A stretch of 29,568 bases of DNA from a candidate division FCPU426 bacterium (GTDB lineage Bacteria; Oederibacteriota; Muellerivitia; Muellerivitales; Muellerivitaceae), in assembly GCA_963830915.1 (NCBI GenBank), contig CAWHOE010000001.1, positions 1 through 29,568 of the forward strand, in the 5' to 3' direction. Shown one piece after another: positions 29,197 to 29,568 of this stretch. The position numbers and the translations under genes were made by a program. Each line of letters opens with the position of its first letter. Within the stretch, counting starts at the first letter, position 1. The notes under the pieces are model-generated. The model saw only the letters and a list, made by a program, of their open reading frames with translations. It searched no databases and had not been told where the DNA came from.

Positions 29197-29568
29197 CGAG
29201 GTGGAAGTCGACAAGCGAGGCAACGGTACTGTTCGTCGTGGACAAACCCGTCGACAGCGAACCGATCGAGCTGTTCGCCGTCGACAGACCGGTCGACGTG
29301 GAAGTCGACAGGCTGTTGATTGCCGTATTCGTCGCGAACAGTTGCGAACCGTTGATCGCATCCGTGCTCGTCGCCGTCACCTGACCCGCCGCGACGTTCG
29401 TGATCTGACGTTCCGCACCCGGCGCGCCCACGCTCACCACGCTCGCGGGCGTCGTGCCCGCATAGTTGTACGTCACACCGCCGATCGTGCCCGTCGCCGT
29501 CGGATTCGCTGCAGCAGTCACCGAGTTGGAACCCAGCGCGACGTCGTTCGCGTTGTTCGCCACCGCGC
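29196..29568 (-). CDS. Internal fragment of a YadA-like trimeric autotransporter adhesin, Burkholderia-type (probably foreign or chimeric)
   Basis: DVALGSNS head repeat, VVSVGAPGAERQITNVAAGQVTATSTDAINGSQL neck, SLSTSTSTGLST stalk repeats; extra base near 29213. Confidence 0.85.

Noticed and set aside
29197..29319. C-terminus RGGSRQ...STGC of the 583-aa ORF
   Set aside because: It is read-through across the junction into antisense YadA sequence, not a real domain.

Overview
Bacterial genomic window, mostly GC-rich; the lineage cannot be assigned from the sequence alone. Two housekeeping blocks on the + strand flank an accessory stretch (~8.6-18.5 kb). The left block holds the 3' end of a CCA-adding enzyme, a site-2 protease, trpS, scpA, scpB, a HAMP adenylate cyclase, and TPR, Zn-ribbon and NYN proteins. 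The right block holds miaB, a TPR-SPOR protein, mutS and a giant repeat protein. The accessory stretch carries a B12 radical SAM enzyme, two secreted proteins, an XRE-ImmA-like regulator, a second cyclase, a non-coding array of variable palindromes in conserved flanks, an AT-rich FN3 gene and an AbiE toxin-antitoxin pair bounded by 33-bp direct repeats. Four intergenic palindromic elements end in CCAC...GTGG. At least eight single-base frameshifts and an abrupt switch at ~29196 into a Burkholderia-like YadA adhesin fragment suggest unpolished, probably chimeric long-read sequence. The best leads are the palindrome array with the neighbouring direct-repeat cassette, and a probable fusion of a HicB-like domain to a beta-propeller/Ig-repeat protein of more than 1600 aa.
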